A stretch of DNA of 64,000 bases from the NCBI GenBank assembly GCA_964016885.1, contig OZ024758.1:6138001-6202000 (forward strand), given 5' to 3'. Source of the stretch: Eledone cirrhosa (taxonomy: Eukaryota). The notes beneath the pieces were generated by a model. That model saw nothing but the letters and a program-made list of their open reading frames with translations. It searched no databases and was not told where the DNA came from. Positions 11,653-26,430 of the stretch are shown piece by piece. How positions within the stretch are numbered: position 1 is the first letter of the stretch; the number at the start of each line of letters is the position of its first letter. Made by a program: the position numbers and the translations under genes.

Positions 11653-14600
11653 CTAGAAAAACAATAAAATAATACAATTAGATGTTTTATTTCAAATGGA
11701 AAGAACAAAAAAGAGCATGTTTGAAATATAAATAAACAAGTATCCTTAGAACTACAAAAACAAACAATATACTATTTGAATACTAACCTTATTTTTTCTT
11801 GTTTACTTATGTAAATTAGCTATAATGTTTAGATATATGCTGTTACAAACAGTACCCAGTCCACACTGTAAAGTGGTCGTGTTGGTATCATGACAAAAAA
11901 AGTAGTCATTTTGGTGTCACGACAAAAGCAGCCAGTCCAGCACACACTGTCAAGTAGTTGCTTTGGTGCCACGATAACAAGCACCCAGTCCACACTGTAA
12001 AGTAGTTGTTTTGCTGCCACAATAATGAGCACCTGGTCTACACTGTAAATGTGGTTGGCGTTAGGAAGAGCATCTAGTTGTAGAAACCAAATCAGAATCA
12101 GTTGTGTATGAGCAAGACACGATCATCTGATCTGATCTTGTCTCACGAGACAATCCATCTAACCAAGTTAGCGTGGAAAACGGGCGTTAAACAGTCCTGA
12201 TGATATGTCCAAAGTGCTGCTGCCAAGCTAGTTAGGCAGATAAACACCAATAATTTTGAAGCTAATGATTGGTGGCTATGATGATTTAGAAATCTCCAGG
12301 GTTTGGGTAATACAATTGTTGAAGATGATGCAAGTGCACTGAGGAAATAAGAGGTTAAATGACATTGAATATAGCCTCCACAAATCTGGTTAAACAATTT
12401 TTCCTTCAACTGCACCATGTAAATGCAGAGCTTATGCACCCTACCAGTGGAAAAACAAAACAACAACAAATACAATTGTCACTTACTTATATACTCTTCC
12501 ATGGCAAACTATGAGAGAGCAATCGTCCGAGGCTGAGGCAAAGAGTGGATATGTGTTGTGGTAACAGACTTGACGTATTGCCTTCTTGTGATGTCTGTTA
12601 AAGTAGAAAATCAAAGAGTAGAGGTAAGAAAGATATCAAAATTCCATTCCAAGACATAGATGACAGAAATATAAAAATATCTGAGAAAATGTTCAGTGGT
12701 ATTTTTATTAGGATCCTTTAAGCTCCAATTCCACCAAGGTCAACTTTGCCTTTCATCCATTTAACCCTTTAGCATTTACATTACTCTATATTTACTACTG
12801 TATTTTCACGGTAAACACTTTATCTCACACAATACCGAATCTATAAGATTTTGATGATATTTATTTTGAGAACAATACCTTAACATAAGTATAAGCAGCT
12901 GGTTACAGCCGGTTTGAACAGAAAGAGGTGAGAAAATTCTGGTCGGATACAGCCGGTTTAAATGCTAAAGGGTTAAGTACTATTGGTCTAGAGTACTAGG
13001 TTTATATAAGACTATATAACCCTTGCCTAAATCTGAGTCCAACTATCTTAGAATTCATTATTATTGACTGATCAGAGGATGGTTGGCAGTAATCAGGAGA
13101 GCGCCAGATGCCATGCTTTGTGGCAGATACAACCCTTTATGTTCTGAGTTCAAATCTCACTGAGGTTCGCTTTGCCTTTCATCCTTACAGAGTCGATAAA
13201 ATAAAGCACCAGTAAAACACTGGGGTCAATTTAATTGACTTTCCCCTCCTCCAAAATTGTTGGCCTTGTGCCTAAATCCATTATTAGTGACTGATTAATT
13301 TAACATTGTTGTTGTGTTTCAATAATTAATCAGGAATTTGGAAGGGTTTACTAAGCTGCTGTTTGGAACATAACTCAACGAAAGTTGTTGCATATAATTT
13401 TGAGAGCAGGCTTAAATTTAAATAAAGTACTTTAAATTGGACATTATTACAATGTAGAACCAGAGTTAGTCTCAGATAATTTGCTATTGTCAAGTGTTAA
13501 GATAGAATTATGAAAGTTTAAGAAGAAATATGCTATGTATTTCTGTGAACATTATATAATGAACAATACTTTAACTCTTTAGTATTTAAACCAGCCATAT
13601 CTGGGCAGAATTCTCTGAACTATTTCTGTTCAAACTGGTCGTAACTGGTCACTCATATCAAAATCTCAGATTCGAAAATATGTGAAAATACAATAGTATA
13701 TATAGAGTAATGTAAATGCTAAAGGATTAAATGTGTTTCATTTGGGTTTAGTTGATGTGAACTTTCTCACATTTCTTCAATAAAAACCAGGACGTTTATT
13801 GTTTCAGAAAAACATCTGATGAAAAATCAAATCCTGAACAATTGTACTATTTAAAAACAATGAGATCAGCAACCCAGAAGTATTTATATGGTTTAAAACC
13901 AAATAAACATGTCAAATAGTTTCTCTCCCAACATTAAAATATTCAGAAAATGATTTTGTAAAAAAAAAAAAAAACATGAACTAGTTTAACCCTTCAGCAT
14001 CTAAACCAGCCACATCCGGCCAGAATTATCTAAACTCTCTGTTCAAACCAGCTGTAACTGGCCGCTCTCACTGATGTTAAGGTTTTGTTCTTAAAATAAA
14101 TAATATCAAAATATCATAGCTTCGATATTACACGAGATAGTTATGTGAAATAAAGCTTTTACTGTGAAATATAATAGTAAATATAGAGTAAAGTAAATGT
14201 TAAAGGGTTAAGGGAATATGTTTCACTTTCTAATTTTCAAAACAACTCTAAGCTCTGTATCCTCCTATATAAAAATAACTTATTTTTTCATTAAGCAGGT
14301 ATTTAAAGTTTCTTATATGAAATTATGATAGAAGACAGTTTAGTATCAAAAGGGTTATAGAAAATAAACAAAGAATTACAACACAAATGAAAATGATCAA
14401 GATAAAACAAACAAACAAACAAAAACAAAAACTCATCAATGCTCTTACCTGAGTGTTTTGTAAGGTTTAGTAGACAAATCTAAATCAAACCAACTCAAGT
14501 GGCAATCATAGCTGCCAATAATAAGATTATCACCTGAAATTTAGAATAAAAGGGCCATTAAAATTCATACCACTCAAATATACTTAGGTTATGTGAATTT

Positions 14601-17600
14601 AGATGTAAAGTTGTCCATACCTTCAATCAAGTAATCAAAACTTTACCTTTAAAATACTGAATATATACCTAATTTCAATAGACATGTTTTAACCCTTAAG
14701 CATTTACAATATTTTATATTTACTATTATATTTTTAAGGTAAAGGCTTTATCTCAATTAGTTCACATAATATCAAATCCATGAGATTTTGATATTATTTA
14801 TTTTAAGAACAATACCATAACATCAGTATGAGCAGCCAGTTTGAACAGAAAGAGGTGAGAGGATTCTGGCCAGATACAGCCGGTTTAAATGCTAAATATA
14901 ACAAGCACCTTATTTACAGGAAAGGCATCTGGCTGTAAAACCTTGCCTTAAAAGGGCCCCATGAAGAGTATAAAGCATGGCATGAGGCCTACAAAGCTAA
15001 CCTCTGCTTTAGTAGGAAAAATAACCTCAAAACACTTGCATTTAACTCTTTAGCATTTAAACCGGCTACATTAGGCCAGAATTCTCTCACCTCTTTCTGT
15101 TCAAACTGGTCGTAACCGGCTGCTCATAATGACGTTAAGGTATTGTTCTCAAAATAAATAATTTAAAAATCTCGTAGATTCAATATTATGCGAGATAATT
15201 ATGTAGTATAAAGCCTTTACCACAAAATACAATAGTAAATATAGAGTAATGTAATTACAAAAGGGTTAAGGTAACTTGTTATATAAGAGTTGTTATTGTG
15301 TTAAATTCACTTTTCTTTAGACAAATTGGGAATCAGAGCTCCATTTGGGGCCACTCATGTATTTGAGTTTGCTAAAGGGCACAGATTTTATTAAGAAGAT
15401 TGTCTACCTAAAATGTTAATTTTTGTTTACTTTAGTACTTTTAACAATAACTGGTTATACATAATATTATTTTTCTTTTAACCCTTTCACGGTTGCATTT
15501 CTAATGAAATACACTTTATTTTAATTAATCAATTAAGGGTTTTGAGGGATTTACTTAAATTATTAATTATTTCATTACTAAAATAGTAACTTAATGTAAT
15601 GTTCATATATAAAATTATATTTGAAGGTTTTAACTTAAATTGGAAACCTTTAAAATGGGTGGTTTTATTTCATAGAACCAGAGTTGGTTTTGGCCGGTTT
15701 GGTTTCAAAAGGGTTGAATGAAAAGTTTATCAATAAAAATGGTTCACTAGGAAATCTTTTTCTATTCTACAAAATACTGATTTGTTGCTTAAACTTAGGG
15801 CTTTTAGCAAGCAAATTCAAAGGGTACAACATAATGTAGCTTATAATATAAATATAAAAACAAATAATTAAATAATAACTGGAACAGATAAAAGAGTAAC
15901 TATGTGGATGAAGAGAGGAAATGGCAAGAACTTTAGACTTGGAACAAAGTAAACAATAACATTGGTAATAACAAAAAGGTTAAAAACTGTAGACAAATGT
16001 TTCAAAAGAAGGTGACTAGGAAGCAGATATTCAACAGAGTAGGCAACAAAAGTAGGTGACTAGGAAGCAGATATTTGACAGAGTAGGTAACAAAATTATG
16101 AACACTAACCAGTTTCCCCTAAGTCAGTAATGTGGAATATTACCATTTTCATATCAAGAATTAAAGCAGGTGAATTGGCAGAGTTGTTAGAAAGTCGGAT
16201 AGAATGCTTTATGGTATTCATTTCGGCCCATGTAGGACATGTGTAGACTGAAGAGAAATGAAGCAACCATGCTTCATTGGATGTGTAATGTTAAGTGTGA
16301 GAGAAAAGCAGAGCTTGGAAGAGCTGAGGGAGAAGCTGGGTTTAAGAGGAATCTAAGGTGGTGTGCAGGAGAGAAGACTGACTTGGTGCGGACATGTGAT
16401 GTGCATGGATGATGATCACTGGGTGAAGAGGTGCCAGGAAATCCCAGTGGAAGGAAGCTGCAGTAGAGGTAGATCAAGGAAGACCTGGGCAGAGGTGGTG
16501 AGAGAGCTGACCTCAAATAGCTGAGACTCACAGAGATGATGAAGGACCGCGGTGAATGGGGAGATGCTGTGCTGAGAAGGACCCGTCCAACTCACACTAG
16601 CATGGAAAAACGGATGATGATGATGATGATGATGAGTGTATCAAGGATTACCCTATCCAATGTCACCTTATTTGAAAACTGTGTTAACTGCAAAACCAGA
16701 CAATGTTAAGCAGGTATTTGATGTGGGATCACAGTAAATATATGAAATACTGACCTCCTGGATGAAGTGCTATACTGGACACCCATTTAACATTGGTCAT
16801 CAGCTTCTTCACCATTTCTTGTTTTAGCAGGTTATATATCCTCACATAACGCTGAGTCTATAAAATAGAAATTTAACAATAGCAACAACCTCAAGACCAA
16901 TTTAGCAAAAGCCACCAGAATTAGTGAAATTGAGGGGAAAGGTATTTTAAAAGAAACAGCTGCAAGAGTACTCCAAGAACTGAAATAAAGCTATGAATTG
17001 AATCCTTTTTGTGAAGTCCCCTAATTCATTAAATCACAGGAAACCCTATTTGAGCTATAACCTCTCACATAGAAGAGAAATGACCAAGGATTTGAAGGGA
17101 TTAGTAATTTATCTAACTTTTTACTTATTAAATTGGTGTTTGGAACATAAAGGTTCTTATATAAAATTATGATGGAAGGTTTTTAGATAAATATAAACAG
17201 GTTAAAAAAAGTATATGTATCATAGAGCTAGGGATGGTTTTAGGCATGGTTTGGTATGAAAAGGGTTGAGACACTTACTTAGTAGTAGACATCCAACCAT
17301 AAATGGATCATCATTATCATCATCGATGATCCATTTACAAACAGTCTTGAGTTTGTGAGCAAGTTATAAATGGCCTAGTCTACTTAAATATAAATGAGCA
17401 AGAGAGTAAGAACAACTTGTATCTGTAAAGAGCAGTATTGTGAAATCAATGAATAATTTCTTGTTCAGCTCAAGGTAAATCCTGATCGAGCAGGCTGAGG
17501 ATCAAAAGCACTTTAGCCATGATTAGCCAATCTTTTTAGGAGTGTTTAGGATTACATTATCTGATTTGTCCTCCTGTTTTTTTTTTTAATGCAAGGGTAT

Positions 17601-20600
17601 AATTTGACTTCTATTTCTAGAAGGTTGGGCGACTGCAACGGGACTACATTATAGGCTTTATCAGTTTACAGGGCTCAACTGAGTTCCTCCTGTGGATGTA
17701 GATGTCACTCCTGTGAGTGTAGTCATAGGTATTATATAGATGTCACTACAGTGAGTGTAGACATAGCTATTATATAGATGTTAAAAGGGCTGATCACCCA
17801 TTGATGGATACTTCTCATTCTGAAAATGTTTGGATTAATTATGGAAGAAATTTAGGTGAGATACTTACTGCCACAAACAAAAGAGGTTTTATTGGGTGGA
17901 AGAGAACACGCTGAACTATGCCTTTTGACTTTGAAAATGGATTCTGTAGAAGAAAAAAGAACACTATAAGTAATACAATAGATTCTCTTTTATCTGAAAT
18001 GTTTGTGACTGGAAATATTTTAGATTGTGGCATGATTATATATTTGCATTTATACAATGGGACAGCTTCATCATCGCTGTTTAACGTCCGTTTTCCACAT
18101 TTGCATGGATTAGACATGTTGTCATGTTACGAAAGAAGTCAGATCAGGGGACCAGGGCCTGCTCATACGGATCTGTATTGAAGATGAAATCAAAATCTAA
18201 ACACATTATCCATTTGCATTTTACATTACAGCTTATATATATATATATACACATATAAGTATGTATGGTAAAATGTCATGGTCTCTTTTGCAGTGTCTAT
18301 ATGTTGAAGGACATATAAAAACACACATATACATACACGTTTTTTCCATACATGTTGACAGCCTTGCATTTAAAAATTCCGTTTTCAATCAAAACTCTTT
18401 AGTTACTATGGTAACAATACTCTCCCTATTTCTCAATGTATTTTTCTTATCAACAACAAACTGTTGATTTTTTCTTGGAACTAATTTTAATTTATCTATT
18501 TTTCATACACTCTCTCACTAACAACAACCTGTCATTATAGTGAAAGTCTTTTTTTTGAAGGTGAAACAAACACACTAATAAACCACAAAACAGACAACAT
18601 TGAAAAGAAATCAAACATTTATTACTGACCTGTGATCTTCTCTTTGTCAACTGATGAATTAAAACAGCCATGCTATGTGCTGATGGCATCACAGATGTAA
18701 AGTAGTCACCTTTGGCATGCCATGACACGTGGTTCACTCCCTGTGGAATATAAAACAAAGCAATTTTGTTCCTGCAGTCGAAGATATGTTTTATCTAATT
18801 ATTCTAGAAGACTCTTATTAACTATTTTACAATTCTTAAGCTCATTTATCACCTAATTTGATGTTCTAATGACTCTGCCAATCCACCACCTTGAAACCAT
18901 ATATAACATCTAAACTATAATAAAGTAAGGCATGCAGGACTGCGTATGATTTATTTCTTTTAATCCAGTTAGTAAAATAAGTTGGATTACTTTGAATAAT
19001 AATGAATGAATATTACATAAATTATCTACTAAATTTCATAGCTGTTGATTAAATATATTTTATTGCTTATTTAAAGATTCACTTCTTTAAAATTTTCAAA
19101 TGTCAACACTTCTGGTTAGCGATCGCTTAAATAAACATTCATATATTTCTGTCACTAATTTTCTCCTAATGCAGTTTATATATAATATCGTCTTTTTTTA
19201 ATGTATCATGGATTACTTTACTGATTACATAAGACAGCGTAACGCAATCTTCATTCAATTTCTGTGTATATTGTCAATTACGATTTTATTTGATGTATCA
19301 TATCTACATGTATATATACTTGCGTATAATATCAATATGCACACTGCACATGCTAGCAGATAACCACCCGAAGGGTGGTTTTTCTGCTAGTGTAGATAAA
19401 AGAGATAGAAACCAACCTGTGGATGAGTAATTTTCAGTCGGAGTCCAACATCATAGTTTTTACCATCAAATGACTCCCAAGTAACAATATTGGCCTTTTC
19501 TGAAAATAATTAAATATTAAGTATTACGATAGGTTATCTTATAGAGCACTCTAATACAAACATCAAACAAGATGTACTCTGAATAGGGAAATCATGACAT
19601 AACATAACTTCTGGATTTCGAACAAGTCTATTTGCAGAGGTCATCCCTCTTCAAGTTATACCTTCAGGAATATAAAGCAATAAAACAAATTTTAACCCTT
19701 TAGCATTTAAACCGGTCATATCCAACCAGAGTTCTCTCACTTCTTTCTGTTCAAATCAGCCATAACTGGCTACTCATACTGTTAAGGTATTGTTCTCAAA
19801 ATAAATAATATCAAAATCTCACAGATTCGATATTATGTGAGATAATTATATAAGATAAAGCCTTTACCACAAAGGCAGCTTGAAGAGAGTGAGCTGCATT
19901 TGACAGTATTAAATAGGGTGCATCCAGCTACAAAAAAGGTTGTAACTGGCTGCTCATACTGATGTTAAGGTATTGTCCTCAAAATCTCATAGATTTGATA
20001 TTATGTGTGATATCGTGGAAGACCATGAAAAACATGGGCGGAGGTGGTGAGAGCAAACCTCAGATCACTGGAGCTCATGGAGGAGATGACAAAGGACCAT
20101 GACGAATGGAGAGATGCCGTGCTTAATAAGACCCGTCCCACCCTTGCAGGCAGGGAAAAGCGGACGTATGATGATGATGATGAATTGAGTGTGATAAAGC
20201 CTTTACCATGAAAATATAAAAGTAAATATAAAGTAAAGTAAATGCTAAAGATTTAAAAGTCTATTAACGAGTTGTATTATTAATATAGAAATAGACTCCT
20301 CCTTACTCTGTACATTTTCTTCATCTTCAGTGGTTGTTTCCGCGGCAACAAAAGATTTCAACAGTTCATCCGTACCAGATACAATCAATTTATCTATAAC
20401 ACCAGGATTAAGAATAACCACAGACCAGTTTCTGGAATATAAAACACAATAACTGATGAACATGATGATGATGTTGAATAACTATGTTAATTATTACCAT
20501 ATATACTGAAATATAAGCCAACCCAAATACAAGTCGACCTCCCCTCATATTTTATTTCTGAGAAATGGGCATAAATCCAATCCCCGTTTATAAGCTGAGG

Positions 20601-23600
20601 CAGCTAACATGTTGTTTAGATGTCATAAACCAATACCCCACCTTTACCATCGATTTTTTAGTCACTTCAGCGAGATTTGAACTCAGAACGTAAAGGGTTG
20701 TAACCATATGCCATAAAGCATGTTGTCCAATGCTCTATTGGTACTGCCAATCCACTGTTCTAATAATGACTTTTGATTTAGGCACAAGGCCAACAATTTT
20801 CTTGGGGGGAAGGGGAAAGTCGATTAATTTCCCCCCAGTGCATTACTGGTACTTTATTTTATCGAACTTGTAAGGATGAAAGGCAAAGCTAACCTCAGAA
20901 TGTAAAGGGATGTAACCATGTACCACAAATCATGTTGTCCAACGCTCAACCAATTCTGGATATCCACAACACTATAATATCATAACAGTCGTGGTTTCTA
21001 CTTTAGGCACAAGGCCAGCAATTTTGGGGAGAGGAAAGTCGATTGAATCAACTCCAGTGTATCACTGGTACTTAATTTTATCAACCTCGTAAAGATGAAA
21101 GGCAAAGCTAACCTTGGTGGGATCTGAATTCAGAAAGTAAAGGGCCTTAACTATACCGCTAAGCCTGTTGTCTGATGCTCTACCAATACTTCCAATAAAC
21201 TGCCCTAATGATAATGGTTTATGATTTAGACACAAGGCCAACGATTTTCGGGGGGCGAAGGGGAAAATCAATTAAATCAACCCCAGTGTATTACTGGTGC
21301 TTTATTTTATCGACCCTGTAAGGACAAAAGACAAAGCTAACCATACAATAGAAACAACAAAGCAAAAGACTTACACAACAGCAACTAAAAGACAGAGTGA
21401 AGGGTTGGGGTTCCAAGAAATACTCTTAACTGTGTCCTCAACAGATATTGTCCTGAAGCAACGACCAGTAGATACTTCCCAAATTTTGATGGTGCAATCA
21501 TCAGAACCTGTTATAGATAAATAAATAAATGGATATATATACATATATATATATGTATAAACATATTTAACTCAAAAGTAGAGTTTTGAAATGCGAGTGT
21601 ATAGGAATCTCAGGAAAAATGGGAAAACTCGGTGTATGGAAGCTGTTAGAACAACAAAATACCGTCAAAGCAGCGTTGGATAAAATATTACCTCGAAGGA
21701 AGGAAGAGGGATGAAAGCGAACAGGTCACAAACATTAAAATATGATTTTCAGATCTCAAACACCTACAGTTTCGAAGAATTGTTAGAGGCTGAGACTGGA
21801 TGAGCATATTTTAATGTTTGACCTGTTCGCTTTCATCATTTTTTCCTCCTTCCTTCGAGTCAACTCACACTTAGCCGCTGATCTTTGTCCTTCGACAGTA
21901 TTTTGCTGTACAGCTTCTATACACCGAATTTTCCCATGTTCCTGAGATTCATATATATAAATACACATATATATATTGTGGATATATATATATATAGGAT
22001 GAAATAAAATCAGGATTCATTTAAAAAAAAACAAATAAGGTTATGAAAATCTAACTTACCAGATGCCAACCACTGTCCTTTTGGATGAACAGATATACAC
22101 CGTACCATACTTTTGTGACCTTTGTAGACCTAGACAATGACAATGATAAGGGGAATGAGAAAAAAACCATAAATTATAATTGCAGGAAAATCAGTGACTC
22201 GAATGATAAACCCTCTTTAGCTGGGGAGATGTCTTGCCTGAATGGGTTGAAAACAGGAGCAAGAAGTGGGGCCAAGTATATCATCAGTGTATGACAATGA
22301 GGTGGGGTGGAGTGGGATATAAGGATGGATGACAGGTGTGATGGAAATTGACAGGGTGAAGCAAGGGAGATAAGCAGGATGATGAAAATAGCTGTTGAAG
22401 AGTTATGACAAGTGTGGTGGGATTTAAAGAGGTAAGGGATGGTGGTAGTGGTATTAGATGGGGTGGAGTACAGTAAGGGAAAGAATGGTTACGAAAAAGC
22501 TATGACAAGTGTGGTGGTATTTACTAGGGTAATCTCAGAATGGAGAGGTGATGAGAGTAATTATTAAAGAGTAATGGTGTGGATGGGTCAGATGCATTAG
22601 ATAGGAGGGTGGGTGATGAATACTGTAGTAGAAATGGAGAGGCATCTTGTTTTTATAGGTGGATTTTCACCAGTACTGTGTCACCAGTCATCAGAGCCTT
22701 TTGTCATCTCTAATGTGATGTTCAGCTTCCTAAGGCTAGCCTTCACTACCTCATCCCATGTCTTCTTAGGTCCATCACTTTTACAGGTCTCCTCCACTGA
22801 GATTTCTTTGCACTTCTTTACACATCTGTCATCTTCCATGCGCACCACCATACAAATACTGTCTTTTATCTTGCTTCAATTTGCTTGTGATGTCTCCACT
22901 ACAGACAGATGGAACTTCACACAAGTGCCATCTCTAGCTCCAGCAATTGTAAGGATGATAATGATTACCAAGTTCTCTTGTTTGAAATCTCAGCCATCCA
23001 TCTAATAATAATACCCAGATGTATTTCACTTAACATCTAAAAGAAACTGGGGATAAATTCCAAATGAAGTATGGTTGAAGAGAGAAATATGTAATAAAAG
23101 AATGTGTATAATGTTAGAAATTAAACTTACCACTGATTGAACAGTAGGGAAAGGTTGTAAATCTTTGGGTTTTGGTAAAGTTGGAAGCAAATCTTGTGGA
23201 TCCAGATCTTTCACCTGAGAAAAGAAAATTACAAAAATACACCATGGTGATGTTACATAAAATCATCAAACATTACATTGCCATATTTGGTAGTCTTACA
23301 TAAAATCTTTAAACCTTACATTACCATATTTGGTAATGTTACGTAAAACCTTTGACATTTTGGTATATATTTTTTTACATCTTTTGAGTCTGGAAGAGTA
23401 GCATCTTCGCATACAAAATGATTCCAGAAATTTTGCAAAACCCCATTTTATTTTCATTTTCATGAAAAAAAAATCGACACAATCACTACCTTATAATAGA
23501 AAGTAATGTGGATATGGGACATGGCAATACAGTACTGTGACATTGAATAAGTGGTTTCTTCCATAAACACCAAATTATGTTTATGGCCAAGAGACTCAAA

Positions 23601-26386
23601 CTCTAAATGTCTATCAATCAACAGACTAATTAAAAAAGCAGATTCGTTAAAAAAATACTGATGTGAAAACCACATACATTTCATCATCATTTTACGTCCG
23701 CTTTTCCTGCTTGCAAGGGTGGGAGGGGAACTGATTCTGGCTTGATTTCTACAGCTGGATGCCCTTCCTAACACCAACCTCATTTACAGTGAGTACTGGG
23801 TGCTTTTTTTGCCGTGGCACCTCCACGATCACTTTGCAGTGGAATGATAGGGACCCCAGTCCCTATCATCTCATTTCTACAGCTGAGTAAACTGGAGCAA
23901 TGTGAAATAAAGTGTCCTGCTCAAGGAAACAACACATCACCCGGTCTGAGGATTGAACTCACAACCTTTCGATTGCAAGGCCAATGCTCTAACCACGAAG
24001 CCATGCGCCTCTTCCTTTGTGTTGAAGATGGAAACCCTGAGTAGAATCGAACCTCGGACCAGGATCACCACCGTCTATCATACCTACCACTAGGCCACGA
24101 AGACAGCTTCAAATTCATTAAGAGTAATTGAGAAAATATCTTGGAAGGATGAAAGGAAAAGTGGATGGCAGCAAGATTTGAACTATGAATGCAAAGCTGG
24201 AAAAAATACCGCGAGACATTTTCTCAAACGCTCTACCAATTCACTGCCATGAGAAAACAATGTAAGAATATAATGTCGTATTGATGAGGTTTTTTTACCT
24301 TCATGGTTTTCTTCCTGGGGCACAAATAGAGGTCAAGGCATCTTTCAAATCGTTCTTCAATAAATCTAGAGTAACTTGGTAACAAACGCAGTGAAGAATA
24401 CGTCTGAGGAAGTAATTTCAATCGTCGCTCGTACGGTTCCTTGCGTCTCCATACTTCCTCTTCTTCTGGTGTCAAGATATATTCAGGAGGGGGATTATAG
24501 GATTCAGCATGGCCAGGTAGTGACAGCTTGGGAGCAGCAATGTGATGTCGGAAACGTTTGTTTAGTTCTTTCTAAAACATATAAAAACAAGAACAATCAT
24601 CAACAGGATTCAACAATGAGTAACCCATCCATATTGGTTTCTAAGGACTTGAAAGTAAAGAAACACAGACAATCATAAATCATTCCAGATGAAGATAATG
24701 GTACTTACATCTTCATTGTCCTTCCACATCATGTAAAATGTTTGGTTTAATTCCTCCTCATCTGGATCAACCCGGAGTGGCTTAGGTTTCAACCAACCCA
24801 TTCTAATAGCATGTACCATCTGCCCCACCTGTACAATTGAAGGAAAAAAAAAAATGGATTCATGAAGTAGTAATGTATCATCATCATCATTTAATGTCCA
24901 CTTTCCAAGCTAGCATGGGTTAGACGGATTGTCCCATTAGAGGCAAGTTCGGTCAGTTGATCATGTCTTGCTCATATAGGACTGTTTCTGGCTAGAGTCT
25001 CACAGCTTGATGCCCTTCCTCATGCCAACCACATTTACAGTGTGTGCTGGGAGCTTTTTGTTAGTAACAACTGTGTGTTAGTAGAGACACTAAAGTACCA
25101 AATAGTAACAATTGTGTTAGTAGGGATACTAAAGTACCAAATCTTATATTTACTTTTGTCCCTCCACATCCTAAAATTCAAATTTTGACAGAGTTGATTT
25201 AAAAAAAAAATTCATCGTCATCATTTAACGTCTGCTTTCCCTGTTAGCAAGGGTTGGACAGGTCTACATAGACAAAGTCAGTACAGCGAGGCTACTGACC
25301 TCCCAGACAGGGCAGGAGTCTGTCGTCTCGCTTATGTACTGTCTTACATTCTATCAAGTGCACAGGAGAAGTTGTCATGTCTTTGACACAACTGAGGGTT
25401 CTCGCAACCTTTTGTTTGGCTGGATGCCCTTCCTACCACTTTGCAGCATGTAAAGGGTGCCTTTATAGAGTAGGTCACCAACACTAGGGAGGTTGTCATG
25501 CCTTTGACATGACTGATGAGACTTCTTCACCATTTGGCAAGCTTTCTATGGTAGGATGCCTTTCCTATCAGCCACCACTTTACAACATGTACTGGGTATG
25601 ATTATCATGTAGATCAGGCATGTCAAACTGAGGGTCCCCAGAGGGCCACACATGACAACTAATATTTTTTATTTTATATTACGCTCACGCTGTAAAAACC
25701 TTCATGTGGACCACATGTGTGCTTGTAGAGGGCCGCATGTTTGACATGCCTGATGTAGATCACCAACCACATTACATGTACTGGAGGTGTTTATGATGTA
25801 GATCACAAACACTAGAGAAGCTATCACACCTTGACATGACTGAAAGATCCTCTCGACCCCTTTATTAGGGAGGAAAAATAAAATAAAGTAAATTACTTAC
25901 TCTGAGTCTTTCCCATTTCGATGGAATAAAACTACGTTTGTGAGGTGGTTGATTAGTAACAGGAAATTTGGTTTTTTTATAGCTAAAGAAGTCAATCCAT
26001 GGCTACAAGAGAATATAAGATGAAAGAGCATTAAAATGAATCAAAGGAGTCAAAGATTTGGAATTATTTGACAGAGGAAAACACACATAAACACCATATA
26101 TCGGTTTATTTCATATCTATGATATGAAATTATCTTTATGTCTGCTGCCTGGGTGAATGTAAAAAAACAAACTACCCTGTGTGAGTGCTTGTGTAAATGT
26201 GTGTGAGTGTTTGTGTAAATGTATGTGTTGTGTTTGTATTTTTGTGGGTCTTATATTTATATTCATACATATACACACACACACATATACATCAGTGTAT
26301 TGCAATAAATTCATCATGTTATATTTATATTCATACATATGCACACACACACATATACATCAGTGTATTGCAATAAATTCATCATG

Positions 26387-26430
<44 letters not shown>

